This document shows, one piece after another, positions 46,345 to 55,723 of a stretch of 62,689 nucleotides of DNA. This DNA comes from a virus (Duplodnaviria; Caudoviricetes), in the IMG/VR virus record IMGVR_UViG_3300009506_000027, positions 1 through 62,689 of that record. One strand, written 5' to 3'. The notes beneath the pieces are model-generated. The model saw only the letters and a list, made by a program, of their open reading frames with translations. It was not told the DNA's origin and did not search any database. Within the stretch, counting starts at the first letter, position 1. Every line of letters begins with the position of its first letter. Position numbers and translations under genes: made by a program.

Positions 46345-46824
46345 ATGCCACAATTTGGCACGGCGTCCAAGGGCAAGCTCATTACTTGCCACCCGCTCCT
46401 CCGTGAGATCGCCTACCTCGGGATCCGCTACTGGGACTACACCATTGTCCATGGGTTCCGGGGCGAGGAGCTTCAGAACGAACTCCTGGCGCAGGGTATG
46501 ACAACCAAAGCCTGGCCCGAGAGCCTGCACAATCATCTATCGGATCAGGACGACGTGGACGGGGGGTACGCCAGCGACCTGGGTGTACCCCTTTCTCTTG
46601 CCTTCGATTTCGCACCGTGGTACCCCGTGGTGCCGCACATCCGGTGGAGGAACTCGGATGAGTTCTACCACATGGCTGGACTGATTATCGGAATGTCGGA
46701 AGACTACCTGAACGAGCGCGGGTTCTGGCTGCGCTATGGCGGGGATTGGGACGACGACCAGGACCTCCACGACCAAACCTTCCTGGACCTCGGCCACCTT
46801 GAATTGAGGCGCATCGGTACATGA
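46345..46824 (+). CDS. Endolysin, M15 family (L-Ala-D-Glu peptidase-like)
   Basis: CHP...GFRG...Q...SxHN...SLAFD...GGDW...DLGHLEL zinc motifs. Confidence 0.9.
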   Translation: MPQFGTASKGKLITCHPLLREIAYLGIRYWDYTIVHGFRGEELQNELLAQGMTTKAWPESLHNHLSDQDDVDGGYASDLGVPLSLAFDFAPWYPVVPHIRWRNSDEFYHMAGLIIGMSEDYLNERGFWLRYGGDWDDDQDLHDQTFLDLGHLELRRIGT

Positions 46825-47519
46825 ACTGGATGAAGATGTTGGAAGTGCTGAAACGACCAGTGCTTCCGGGCGGCAAGCCTGTGATCGTGGCGGTGGTTGC
46901 TGCCATGCTCGTCCTCACGTCGTTCGTCGGGTATCTCTTCGGGAAAAATAGGGTGCCCAACACAGTGGAGCGGGTGGTGGTGAGGGAAGTGACCAGCAGG
47001 GAAATGCAGCAGGAGTTGGAGGGCCTTCGCCTGAAAAACGAGGGCCTGTTGGCACGTATCAGGGGGATGGTGGAGGTAGGGCCGGAAGAGATCCTGAACC
47101 AAGATGAGCCCGTCGTGGGGTGCCCGGAGCAGGCGATTACGGAAGTGCGCATCGCCCCGTTCCGGTTCGCAACCTACGGGCGCATGACGATGTTGGACAC
47201 GGACTCTGCCACCCTGCAACCCACTTATCAGCTATCCCTCCTGAAGAACGTGGACGTGAGCCGTTGCACGGAGTTCTACTTCAACGGCGAGGAGTTCATC
47301 TGTGACACCCCGCGTCTTGGTGTCCTGGACCTCTTCTTCTATGGGCACGCGGTCTATGATCCAGCCCACGCCCCATCCGACCAGCGCTTCTTGGACGCTG
47401 GCGTCGGGATCCGGTGGCAAAGGTGGCCCGCCTCGCGGTGGAAGATTGAGGCGGCGTATGACGTCAACGGATGGTTCACCCTGGGACTCAGGAGGGAGTT
47501 CAGGATTCTCGGCAAATGA
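46821..47519 (+). CDS. Membrane-anchored protein after the endolysin (spanin-like?)
   Basis: N-terminal TM, short coiled coil, C-terminal amphipathic beta strands; ATGA overlap. Confidence 0.5.
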   Translation: MNWMKMLEVLKRPVLPGGKPVIVAVVAAMLVLTSFVGYLFGKNRVPNTVERVVVREVTSREMQQELEGLRLKNEGLLARIRGMVEVGPEEILNQDEPVVGCPEQAITEVRIAPFRFATYGRMTMLDTDSATLQPTYQLSLLKNVDVSRCTEFYFNGEEFICDTPRLGVLDLFFYGHAVYDPAHAPSDQRFLDAGVGIRWQRWPASRWKIEAAYDVNGWFTLGLRREFRILGK

Positions 47520-47531
47520 CCTGGAGGGGCG

Positions 47532-48779
47532 ATGCCGAAAATCTACAATAGGAAATGTGACTTTTGCGGCACGAAATACAAAAACGCGAGCGAGCATTTT
47601 TGCAGTAGGGAGTGCTATAATGCCTACCGCGCCGCACAAGCCAGAGGGAACACTGGAAAGAATCTCTACCCGTTCCCGGAACCAGAGGTAGAGATTGATA
47701 TTCTCGGGGACCGTGGGACACTCAGGATAGAGGGATCGGTCAGGATCAACACCCCGGAGGCGCTGTGGGCCAAGGCAGACCTGGATCCGCAGGAGTGGGA
47801 GTTCGTTGACGGTTTCTACAAGAGCTATGAGGGGTTCCTGAAGGACAGTGACGGGAATCCGGTAGTCGTCCCGATGTTCAGCGTGACCGTCAAGTTCAGG
47901 AGGAGGCTCCTCAACTTCTTCGACCTGAAGCCGAACATCCTGAAGATCGTGAGGCCCAAGTTACCGAAGTCATTCCCCGACCACTACACCAGCGTCCACT
48001 ACTCCGACCTCCACTTTCCCTACCACTCTCCCCGAGCCCTCAACATACTCTATCAGATATTGGACCTCACCCAGCCGGAACTGGTGGTGGATCACGGCGA
48101 CACGATGGATTGTCACGCGATCTCCAAGTATGAAAAGGATCCAAACGCCAGGGTGACGATGGGCGAGGAGGTGAAGATGGCCTCCGCTCACCACGGTACG
48201 GTCCACGCCATCACCCCGACCGCCAAGCACGTTTGGCTCCTGGGCAACCACGAGGACAGGCTGCGCCGCCTCATCTGGAGCATCGCGGACAATCGCGCTG
48301 CCGGGGAGCTTCTGACCCTTGGGCCCGTCATCGAAGCCCTCCGATGGAGCAACCTGGTGGGCGTAGGGGACCTGGGGTGGGAGATCATTGAGTACCCGGA
48401 CCACAAGCTCATTCATAACCGCCTGATTCTGAAGCACGGCGACGTGGTACGGGCCGGAAGCGGGAAGACAGCCAAGGCCGAGTACGATAAGTACCGCAAG
48501 AGTGGAATGTCCGGCCACTCCCACAGGATAGGATACTTCGGTCAGCGTGATTACAACGGTACCCACGGGTGGTGGGAGATCGGTATGCTGGGGAGGATCG
48601 AACACCGATACGTTTCGTGGGCCGACTGGTTACAGGGCCTCGCCGTCGTCACCTGGACCCCAGACCATAAGAAGTTTGCTGTGGAACAGATCCACATTTT
48701 GGAAGGGAAGTGCTATTTCCGTGGGAACCGCCTGGAGGGGGACTCCACCTCCTTCGATGACCCCCTGGTAGGTGATTGA
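47532..48779 (+). CDS. Calcineurin-like metallophosphoesterase with N-terminal Zn finger
   Basis: DLH, GD, GNHE, HG and GHSH motifs; CDFC...FCSREC. Confidence 0.9.
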   Translation: MPKIYNRKCDFCGTKYKNASEHFCSRECYNAYRAAQARGNTGKNLYPFPEPEVEIDILGDRGTLRIEGSVRINTPEALWAKADLDPQEWEFVDGFYKSYEGFLKDSDGNPVVVPMFSVTVKFRRRLLNFFDLKPNILKIVRPKLPKSFPDHYTSVHYSDLHFPYHSPRALNILYQILDLTQPELVVDHGDTMDCHAISKYEKDPNARVTMGEEVKMASAHHGTVHAITPTAKHVWLLGNHEDRLRRLIWSIADNRAAGELLTLGPVIEALRWSNLVGVGDLGWEIIEYPDHKLIHNRLILKHGDVVRAGSGKTAKAEYDKYRKSGMSGHSHRIGYFGQRDYNGTHGWWEIGMLGRIEHRYVSWADWLQGLAVVTWTPDHKKFAVEQIHILEGKCYFRGNRLEGDSTSFDDPLVGD

Positions 48780-48804
48780 CTTTCTCCCGTTAGCATGATA
48801 ACGT
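48776..48804 (+). promoter_or_regulatory. Promoter of the recombination/replication block
   Basis: TTGACT-17 bp-TAACGT with a TGn extension. Confidence 0.6.
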
Positions 48805-48837
48805 AGTAGACACCATTAACCTTGGACGGGGGAGAGA

Positions 48838-49125
48838 ATGTCCGACTACTACGAACAGCAGGCCAAAACGATCCGTACCATTGAGAACTCCGTCCAGTCC
48901 GGGTTCACCCTGAGTGAGACAATCAGGATGCTACTCGGCATTTCTTTTTCGGAGTTCTCCAAGAACACGGGCCTCAAACAGGAAGAGATTTCCATGTGCC
49001 TGCTCGGCTACCCAGGACGGGAACTGCCGAAGGTGAGGAAGGCCCTGGCTCGAAAGCTGGGGCTGAAACTGGAACAGATGAACGACCTGATTTCCAGGTA
49101 CTCCAGAGAACCACAATTCGATTAG
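48838..49125 (+). CDS. HTH transcriptional regulator (XRE/Ner-like)
   Basis: GISFSEFSKNTGLKQEEIS...ALARKLG. Confidence 0.65.
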   Translation: MSDYYEQQAKTIRTIENSVQSGFTLSETIRMLLGISFSEFSKNTGLKQEEISMCLLGYPGRELPKVRKALARKLGLKLEQMNDLISRYSREPQFD

Positions 49126-49134
49126 GGGGAACCT

Positions 49135-49449
49135 ATGCGTAAGCTGATGCTTCGCATCAAGCGGTGGATTGTCTCCTGGCGTGACTACCTATTGCTCTCT
49201 TTCGCCTGGTGGGTAGCCCGCAGATACGACGGTACGATTGTGCGCTACCCGCACCTGAGCTACGCCACGGCCAAAACCATCGAACTTCAGGAATACGTCA
49301 GAGTCAGCGGCCACCTGAATACCGTGAGCGGGAGGAGGCCGAACGCAGTCAGAAGGCTGAACAAGGACCTCGAAAGCATCGCTGATACCCTGACACGATT
49401 CTTCCTCGTCCCTGGTGGTACAGACTGGGGGCTCCCCAGTGACGATTAG
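49135..49449 (+). CDS. Hypothetical protein
   Basis: ORF with RBS. Confidence 0.6.
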   Translation: MRKLMLRIKRWIVSWRDYLLLSFAWWVARRYDGTIVRYPHLSYATAKTIELQEYVRVSGHLNTVSGRRPNAVRRLNKDLESIADTLTRFFLVPGGTDWGLPSDD

Positions 49450-50566
49450 CATACCAGGCTGGCCTGCCGTGAAGGAGTTGACCAGCCGGATCGTGAAGGA
49501 CGCCAACGGCGACTCGGTGAACCCGATGGTGAACCGGGAGGCGTGGAAGGCGGCGAGGTTCCCGACCCTGGGGTCGTCCGATATGCCCGCTGTCGTTGGC
49601 CGCGACCCTTACCGGGAGTCGTGGGAAATCTGGGACCGCATCGTGCTGGGGGACTGGCCCGAGATTGATAACAGCGATATTCGCCGGGGGGTGAAGCAGG
49701 AAAAGGTGGCGCGGCAGACTTTCATGGAGCGCACCGGCCTGGACACCCTGGCCCTACCCATGGTGCGGCACCGGGACACGGCGAGGATCGTCACCGACAC
49801 GGACGGGCTCGTGCTGCCCCCGACAGACGGGAAGTGGCCGCAGCAGATCCTCGACTCCGAAGTCTGGTCGGCGGTGAAGGGGATGAAGGGGCCGGGGTGG
49901 CTGGAGATCAAGGTCCCGCGCATTGCTCGCTTCTACCAATTCAAGGAAGAGGGGATCCCCGTATCCCACGTCATCCAGGCGCAGAACCACGGCATGGTGA
50001 CGGGTCTGGATTGGGGCTTCTTCGTCTTCTACACAGCCGAATATGACGATCTGATCGCCTTCCCAGTCCTGACCGACTGGGACTTCTGCGGGTACCTCCT
50101 GCCCACCGCCCTCGGCTGGCTGGAGCAGTATGTGGATGCGGAGGTGAGGCCAGAGCGTCCGATGCCGCCGCCCGCCAAGTGGCCCGACCCGATCCCCGGC
50201 GAAGCAACGATCCGTACCGACCCTGCATGGATGGACGCCACTGACGTCCTCATCTACAAGCACTACGAAGCTGAGGAAGCGGAGCAGCATAGAGCGGAGG
50301 CCGAGTCCGACGTGATTGACCTCCTCGGTGAGGGCGAGCAACACGTCGCCGGGAACGGCGTCAAGGTGACGCGGAAGAGTACCACCAGTCAACGCAGGAC
50401 CGACTGGAAGAAGTTTCGTGCAGCGCTGAAGCTGGCCCAGAAGAACGGGGACGTGGACGCGCTGAAGGCCCTCGACCCTGATGGCGAGGAATGGAAATAC
50501 AACACCGCGACCAACGAGAAAGTGAAGGTCGAGGTGTTCGCATCCAACCCCATGGAGGGATTCTAA
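49439..50566 (+). CDS. YqaJ/lambda-exonuclease family nuclease
   Basis: W...R...LGSSD, E, DG, LEIK and Q motifs; start codon uncertain. Confidence 0.88.
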   Translation: MTISIPGWPAVKELTSRIVKDANGDSVNPMVNREAWKAARFPTLGSSDMPAVVGRDPYRESWEIWDRIVLGDWPEIDNSDIRRGVKQEKVARQTFMERTGLDTLALPMVRHRDTARIVTDTDGLVLPPTDGKWPQQILDSEVWSAVKGMKGPGWLEIKVPRIARFYQFKEEGIPVSHVIQAQNHGMVTGLDWGFFVFYTAEYDDLIAFPVLTDWDFCGYLLPTALGWLEQYVDAEVRPERPMPPPAKWPDPIPGEATIRTDPAWMDATDVLIYKHYEAEEAEQHRAEAESDVIDLLGEGEQHVAGNGVKVTRKSTTSQRRTDWKKFRAALKLAQKNGDVDALKALDPDGEEWKYNTATNEKVKVEVFASNPMEGF

Positions 50567-51795
50567 TGGGACTCATTAGCAGGAAGATGCTGAAGCGTCG
50601 TCCGCAAGAGCTTGGGAAGATCAAGATTGGGGGGAAGGGTGCCGAGAAAGGCTCCTCCTCTGGCAAGACCTTCCGACAGCCGGTGAAGTATGACCACTTC
50701 GTCGTGACCAGCCGTGCCCGTGGTCAGGACGGCAACTTTGAACTGGATCGAACGATCCACGGGCACCCCGACGTCGGGTCACATCCGACCTCCTTGGCTG
50801 GGGTGCTGATGTACGAGACACCGGAGGAAAACTTCCACGCCGAAATGGCTCTCTACAGGGGGCGCACCCAGAAGGTGTCCACCTGTGACGGCGAGGAGCG
50901 GGTGTTGCTGGGGACCGGGGAGCGGACACGATGCGCGAAACTGGAGGGCAAGGAGTGTGACTGCAAGCCCTACGGTCGGCTCCACGTTCAGCTTTGGGCT
51001 TCCCCACACGTCCTGGGGTACCACACCTTCCGCACCACCTCCTGGGAGTCCGTGAACAACATCCAGACGGCGCTCCAGGAAATCTATGAGCGGTTCGGTA
51101 GCTGCTACCAGGCACCCATTCGGCTTGTCCTCTACCCAGCGGAGAAACAGTACCAGCAGGGCGGCGAAACGAGAGTCAGCACCTCCTATGTGGTGGGGCT
51201 GGTGCTCGCCATGTCCCTGGAGGAGGCGGCGAAGAGGATGGTGGAGACACGCCGCCAGCTTGACCTCACCAGGAACGAGCTTCGCCTCGTCGCCGGGGAG
51301 GTCGCTGCCGACCAGGACCGCATTGACCTGGAGGAGGCTGAGGATATTTCGGAGGAGTTCTTCCCGGACGAAAGCATCACCGCCTCGGTGCAGACGCAAG
51401 ACACCCTCAATGGGCTGAAGGCAGAGCTTGGCGTGGGCCTGGATGCCGATTTTCAGGTTGTCGGGGATTTTCGCAGTGGAGAAAAGTCGCCAGAACGGGA
51501 AAACGACGACACGTCCGAGGGACCTGTCGTCCAGGCAACCACATGGGAGGACGAGGCCGAGGCCACCTTCGCCGGGATTCAAGGCACGATCCAGGATAGG
51601 AATGAGGAGGAGGCCCTGGAGGTGGTGACGAAGTACCTCCGCAAGTATCTCTCCCGCGTGTCCCTGGAGACTCAGGATTTCGTGCGGTCCAGGTTCGGCG
51701 CGGGTGACTATACCCTGCGGAAGGCTACCAACGATTTGAAGAAGGTGATCTGGGAAGCCAAGGAGCTAGAACCACGGGCCAACGAGCCGTTCTAA
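50566..51795 (+). CDS. Gp3-like ('recombination directionality factor'-annotated) protein, candidate annealase
   Basis: ELGKIKIG...P.K.DHFVV, CDG, CKPYGRL and FRTTSWES motifs; TAATG-coupled to YqaJ. Confidence 0.65.
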   Translation: MGLISRKMLKRRPQELGKIKIGGKGAEKGSSSGKTFRQPVKYDHFVVTSRARGQDGNFELDRTIHGHPDVGSHPTSLAGVLMYETPEENFHAEMALYRGRTQKVSTCDGEERVLLGTGERTRCAKLEGKECDCKPYGRLHVQLWASPHVLGYHTFRTTSWESVNNIQTALQEIYERFGSCYQAPIRLVLYPAEKQYQQGGETRVSTSYVVGLVLAMSLEEAAKRMVETRRQLDLTRNELRLVAGEVAADQDRIDLEEAEDISEEFFPDESITASVQTQDTLNGLKAELGVGLDADFQVVGDFRSGEKSPERENDDTSEGPVVQATTWEDEAEATFAGIQGTIQDRNEEEALEVVTKYLRKYLSRVSLETQDFVRSRFGAGDYTLRKATNDLKKVIWEAKELEPRANEPF

Positions 51796-51809
51796 ATGGG
51801 CGGCGTCTG

Positions 51810-51869
51810 CGCTGTACCTTCGGGTCGTGAAAACGCAGTAAGTACCGATACGAACGCTGTACCTTCGGG
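51810..51869. repeat. 15-bp direct repeat CGCTGTACCTTCGGG x2 upstream of the initiator
   Basis: Copies at 51810-51824 and 51855-51869; the core is the reverse complement of the 8653/8732 motif. Confidence 0.8.
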
Positions 51870-51876
51870 GGGATAA

Positions 51877-52242
51877 ATGGAGGACTTCGGCTTCATCAAA
51901 ATAAGCCGTAAGTTCTTCGCCAGCGAAATGTGGAAAGAAGGACGCTGCCTATCCAAGGCAGAGGCTTGGTTGGACCTTCTTTCCAGTGCAACCCACGAGT
52001 CCACGGTGCGCATGGTCGCTGGCTTCCCTGTCGAGCTTCGGCGCGGAGAATTGGTAGCCTCCGACTCATACCTGATGAGGCGGTGGCGCTGGAGCAGGAA
52101 CAAGGTTCGCTTGTTTCTTAAACATCTGGAGCTTGAAGAACGCATCCAGCTAATCGACCACAAGGACGCCAACCAGACGGGCAAGCTCATCTACATCATC
52201 AACTACAACCGATACCAGGGATGGGAGGGTGATATTGTTTGA
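51877..52242 (+). CDS. Replication initiator, N-terminal winged-helix domain only
   Basis: GFIKISRK...EAWLDLL...RGEL...RWRWSRNKVRLFL...INYNRYQ. Confidence 0.8.
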   Translation: MEDFGFIKISRKFFASEMWKEGRCLSKAEAWLDLLSSATHESTVRMVAGFPVELRRGELVASDSYLMRRWRWSRNKVRLFLKHLELEERIQLIDHKDANQTGKLIYIINYNRYQGWEGDIV

Positions 52243-53572
52243 CCAACCACAGCACGAGGAGCGGGCCGAGTTCGTAGTCCTGGCCTCGGTGCTTCATGGA
52301 AGTGAGCCCCTGGGGGAGGCGATCGAACGGCTCAGTCCCCACGATTTCAACTGGAGACAGAACCGGCTGGTTTTCGAGGCCGTCCTGGGGTTGTTTGAAA
52401 AGAACCATCCGGTGGATCCGGTCAGCATCATGGAGGAGCTTCGGGCTCGCGGCACCCTGGAGGACGTGGGCGCGGACTACATCGGGGAATTGGTGGAGGG
52501 CGTCCCCCACACCGATCACATCGAACATCACTGTAAGCTCGTGCGGGATGCCTCGGCCAGAAGGAAACTGGCAGGTGTATGTCAGGCCACCTTGACCAAA
52601 CTCGGGGCGCACGGGGAAGGCACCACCGAGGAGATCCTGGAGGCAGCGGAGCGAGGGATCTTCGACATTTCCCACAACGTAGCCTCGGGTCAGCCGGAAC
52701 GCCTATCGGACATTCTCAACGCCACCATGGACGTAATCAGGAGGAGGAAGGCGTCAGGCGAGGAGACTTTCGGCATCCGATCCGGGTTTCCTCTACTAGA
52801 CCACACCACTGGGGGGTTCCACGACGGGGAGCTTTACATCCTTGCCGCCCGACCTTCGATGGGGAAGACGTCCCTCGCCATCAACTTCATTGACTACATC
52901 GGCGTGACGAAGGAGCTACCTACCCTGATGTTCTCGCTGGAAATGACCAAGCAGGACGTGGCCCTTCGCGTGACCTCCCTCCGTACTGGGGTTCCGATGC
53001 GAAACTTCAGGGCCACCAAGTTCCTGAACCCCGACGACCTCCTCAGTATCTCCCGACAGCAGCGTTTGATTGACACATCCCCCATCGTCATTGACGACCA
53101 GCCAGGTGCCTCCATCCTCGCCATGCGGGCGAAGGCCAGGAGACAGATGATCCGGGAGCCCTTCAAGGTCCTGGTGATTGACTACCTCCAGTTGATGAAC
53201 GGCGGCTCCGTGCGCCATGTCAACAGGAATGAGGAGATCAGCTATATCTCCCGCAACCTGAAGGACCTCGCCCGCGAGCTTGGCGTGCCGGTGATTGCCC
53301 TGAGCCAGTTGAGCAGGGCCCCGGAGCAGCGCCCCGACCGGAGGCCCATGCTTTCCGACCTCCGGGACTCGGGGTCCATCGAACAGGACGCGGACTGTGT
53401 GATGTTCCTCTACCGTCCGGAATACTACTTCGGTGAGGTGCATGAAGGCAGGAACATCGCCGGGAAAACTGAGGTGAACGTGGCGAAGAACCGGAATGGC
53501 CCCACGGCGACGGTCAACTTCACCTTCAGAAAAGAAACCATGAAGTTCTACGAGGAGGCGATGGAGAGATAA
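52229..53572 (+). CDS. dnaB: Replicative DNA helicase
   Basis: AARPSMGKT, FSLEM, IDYLQL, LSQLSR, SDLRDSGSIEQDAD and KNRNGPT. Confidence 0.97.
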   Translation: MILFDQPQHEERAEFVVLASVLHGSEPLGEAIERLSPHDFNWRQNRLVFEAVLGLFEKNHPVDPVSIMEELRARGTLEDVGADYIGELVEGVPHTDHIEHHCKLVRDASARRKLAGVCQATLTKLGAHGEGTTEEILEAAERGIFDISHNVASGQPERLSDILNATMDVIRRRKASGEETFGIRSGFPLLDHTTGGFHDGELYILAARPSMGKTSLAINFIDYIGVTKELPTLMFSLEMTKQDVALRVTSLRTGVPMRNFRATKFLNPDDLLSISRQQRLIDTSPIVIDDQPGASILAMRAKARRQMIREPFKVLVIDYLQLMNGGSVRHVNRNEEISYISRNLKDLARELGVPVIALSQLSRAPEQRPDRRPMLSDLRDSGSIEQDADCVMFLYRPEYYFGEVHEGRNIAGKTEVNVAKNRNGPTATVNFTFRKETMKFYEEAMER

Positions 53573-54078
53573 TGGACCTTCGGATCTTTGGTCAGGACCT
53601 CGGGAAGTGCTGGGGGTGGGCCACCATCCTCCAGTCGGACAGCGACGCCATCCCGGAGATAGACTTCGGTGAGGAGGAGGCAGGAAACGATGCCCTTACT
53701 AACGCCAGCGCCGGGATGATCTACTATACGTATAGGAGGTGGCTCCAGGGGTTCCTGGAAGACGTCCACCCCACGCTGGCTGTGTATGAGTCCGTCCGGT
53801 TCACCCGTGGTATGTCTTACATCGAAGGACAGAAGGGGATCCTGCTCTCTGAGTTAGAGTTAAGGGGTATCCCTTACTATGGACTTCCCATAGGAACACT
53901 TAAGAAGTGGGCCACGGGCAGCGGGAAGGCCGACAAGAAGGAAGTCATGCGGGCCGTGAGGGACAGGTGGGGGCCGGGGTTTTCGCAGCTTGGCCCGTGG
54001 GATAACCGAAAGAAGCTCACCGACAACATGGCCGATGCCCTCTGGTGCGCCCATCACGGTTGGAGTACGGCCTCCTGA
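53572..54078 (+). CDS. RuvC-like Holliday junction resolvase
   Basis: GQDLG, VYE, TLKKWATGSGKADK and DNMADA. Confidence 0.85.
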   Translation: MDLRIFGQDLGKCWGWATILQSDSDAIPEIDFGEEEAGNDALTNASAGMIYYTYRRWLQGFLEDVHPTLAVYESVRFTRGMSYIEGQKGILLSELELRGIPYYGLPIGTLKKWATGSGKADKKEVMRAVRDRWGPGFSQLGPWDNRKKLTDNMADALWCAHHGWSTAS

Positions 54079-54087
54079 CAAAAGGGT

Positions 54088-54118
54088 GGCCCTGACGCTA
54101 GGGGGTGACGTCAGGGCC
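54088..54118. terminator. Hairpin between the convergent transcription units
   Basis: GGCCCTGACG...CGTCAGGGCC 10-bp inverted repeat; no clear U-tract on the + strand. Confidence 0.45.
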
Positions 54119-54161
54119 GGTCGGCTAGTGGGGACTCAGGGGGAAGGCCGACAGTTACAAT

Positions 54162-55322
54162 TTAGGCGAGCCTAAACTTTGCGTCAACGCTGGTGTCCTG
54201 GTACAATCGGGCCACCGCACGCTCCACTGCCCCGACCCTTTCGTCCTCTGCCTTCTTCCCGCGCCGATGAAACTTGCTGTCGATTACGTGGCCCGGAGTC
54301 ACGCCCAGGATGAGCGAGATCGTGAACGGATGCGCTCCGTTTTCTGCCATGTGGATCGCCCCCATCTGTCGTAGCACGGAGGGGTTGTACTCCAGGTCCT
54401 TGTAGATCCACGACAGCATCTTCTGGGACATGATCTTCCCAGGGAGCCCGCCCTCGTTGAAGCTGTGAAGTACCTCCCGTACTAGATCCATCGGTAGCGG
54501 CACCACCCGCTCGGTGTTCCTGGACATTCGCCTCGTGTAGGGTTCCCCGGCGACGTAGACGTGCCCGACGCCCGACTTCCCCCACTGAGCGATGGGGTGC
54601 GTTTCCTGCCAGGTACGCACGAACCAGGACTCATCCACCGCTGCGTAGATTTCGTGGCTGCTGGCCTCGGAGTGCCCCACAATCTCCATCGCCTGCTCCA
54701 GGGTGGCCCCGGTGTTCAGGAGCCAGGTGACGCAGGTGTGACGCAGCCCGTGGGCGCTGGCCTCGGGAGCCACGGCCTTGAGGTGCCGGTCAATCAGGTA
54801 CCGCACCCCCCTTTCGGACACAGCGCTGCCCGTGGGAGACTGGAAGAGGGGGCGACTGACGTGGCGCTTGCCCACCGTACTGGTCCGCTTCAGGTGGGAG
54901 CCCTCGCCAGCCGCAAGGCGCTCAACTCGTTCCTGGAGGGGCTGTGGAACATAGATTTCACGCCTGCCTCCCCCCTTCCCTTGAACGGAAATGAATAGCC
55001 GCCCATCGCGGGGGTGAATGTCACCCAGCCGGATCCTACGAAGCTCCACCTGCCTGAGCCCACAGACCAGCCCCATTTCAACCAACACCTGGTCACGCAG
55101 ATTCCCGGCAACGGCTACTGAGTCCAGCAGGGCCTTCGCCTGTTCGTAGGACAACCCCCTGCTGTCGGTTGTCCCAGGCAACTGCGGGGGTGTGGGACGC
55201 ACCGAGTCCCAGGCCAGCCTGTGGATCTCACCGGCCCCCAGACCGGCGTAGCTGAGAATGGACATGGCGCGACGCACGATGTTCGTGTCGCTGAAGATTT
55301 TCTCCTTGAGTGAGCCCCCCAT
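54162..55322 (-). CDS. Tyrosine recombinase with atypical architecture
   Basis: Catalytic set GLRQVEL, GKG, HGLRH, GH and Y; no core-binding domain evident; degenerate second domain. Confidence 0.88.
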   Translation of the reverse strand: MGGSLKEKIFSDTNIVRRAMSILSYAGLGAGEIHRLAWDSVRPTPPQLPGTTDSRGLSYEQAKALLDSVAVAGNLRDQVLVEMGLVCGLRQVELRRIRLGDIHPRDGRLFISVQGKGGGRREIYVPQPLQERVERLAAGEGSHLKRTSTVGKRHVSRPLFQSPTGSAVSERGVRYLIDRHLKAVAPEASAHGLRHTCVTWLLNTGATLEQAMEIVGHSEASSHEIYAAVDESWFVRTWQETHPIAQWGKSGVGHVYVAGEPYTRRMSRNTERVVPLPMDLVREVLHSFNEGGLPGKIMSQKMLSWIYKDLEYNPSVLRQMGAIHMAENGAHPFTISLILGVTPGHVIDSKFHRRGKKAEDERVGAVERAVARLYQDTSVDAKFRLA

Positions 55323-55353
55323 AAGTTTCCCCCCTGGTTAAGGTCGTGTTATA

Positions 55354-55382
55354 ACGATAACTAAAGAGGGGGTGTGTGTCAA
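55354..55382 (-). promoter_or_regulatory. Recombinase promoter
   Basis: TTGACA-17 bp-TATCGT on the minus strand. Confidence 0.6.
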
Positions 55383-55723
55383 TCCCGCCTCCACGGGTCC
55401 GTACCGCCAGGTCCATGCACGGGACAATCCCTGGGAGGCTCCGACGCATCATGGTCGTCGGTGTAGATCCGACAGTCGGTCGGACAGGTACAGGCCATGC
55501 GTGCCCATTTCTCGTAGTCCTCGGAGGCACGCCACCGTTGGTAGTTCTTTGAATCCCTCGGCATATCCTTCGGGTGGACGTTGGTGGCCGTGCCCTTGGC
55601 CTTCAGCGCCTTCAGGCGTTGGTTATAGTCAGGTGCCAGCTTCCTCTTCGGCTGCTGTTCCTTCGCACGCTCCTCCCGGAGGCGCTGTTGCAGGCGCAGC
55701 ATCTTTCGTCTACGGCTTCCCAT
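55379..55723 (-). CDS. Basic protein with C-terminal Cys/His cluster
   Basis: CTCP..C...CPVHG; TAATG coupling. Confidence 0.7.
   Translation of the reverse strand: MGSRRRKMLRLQQRLREERAKEQQPKRKLAPDYNQRLKALKAKGTATNVHPKDMPRDSKNYQRWRASEDYEKWARMACTCPTDCRIYTDDHDASEPPRDCPVHGPGGTDPWRRD

Noticed and set aside
54079-54161. attP next to the recombinase
   Set aside because: Only a hairpin is visible; no core or arm repeats can be supported without a host sequence.
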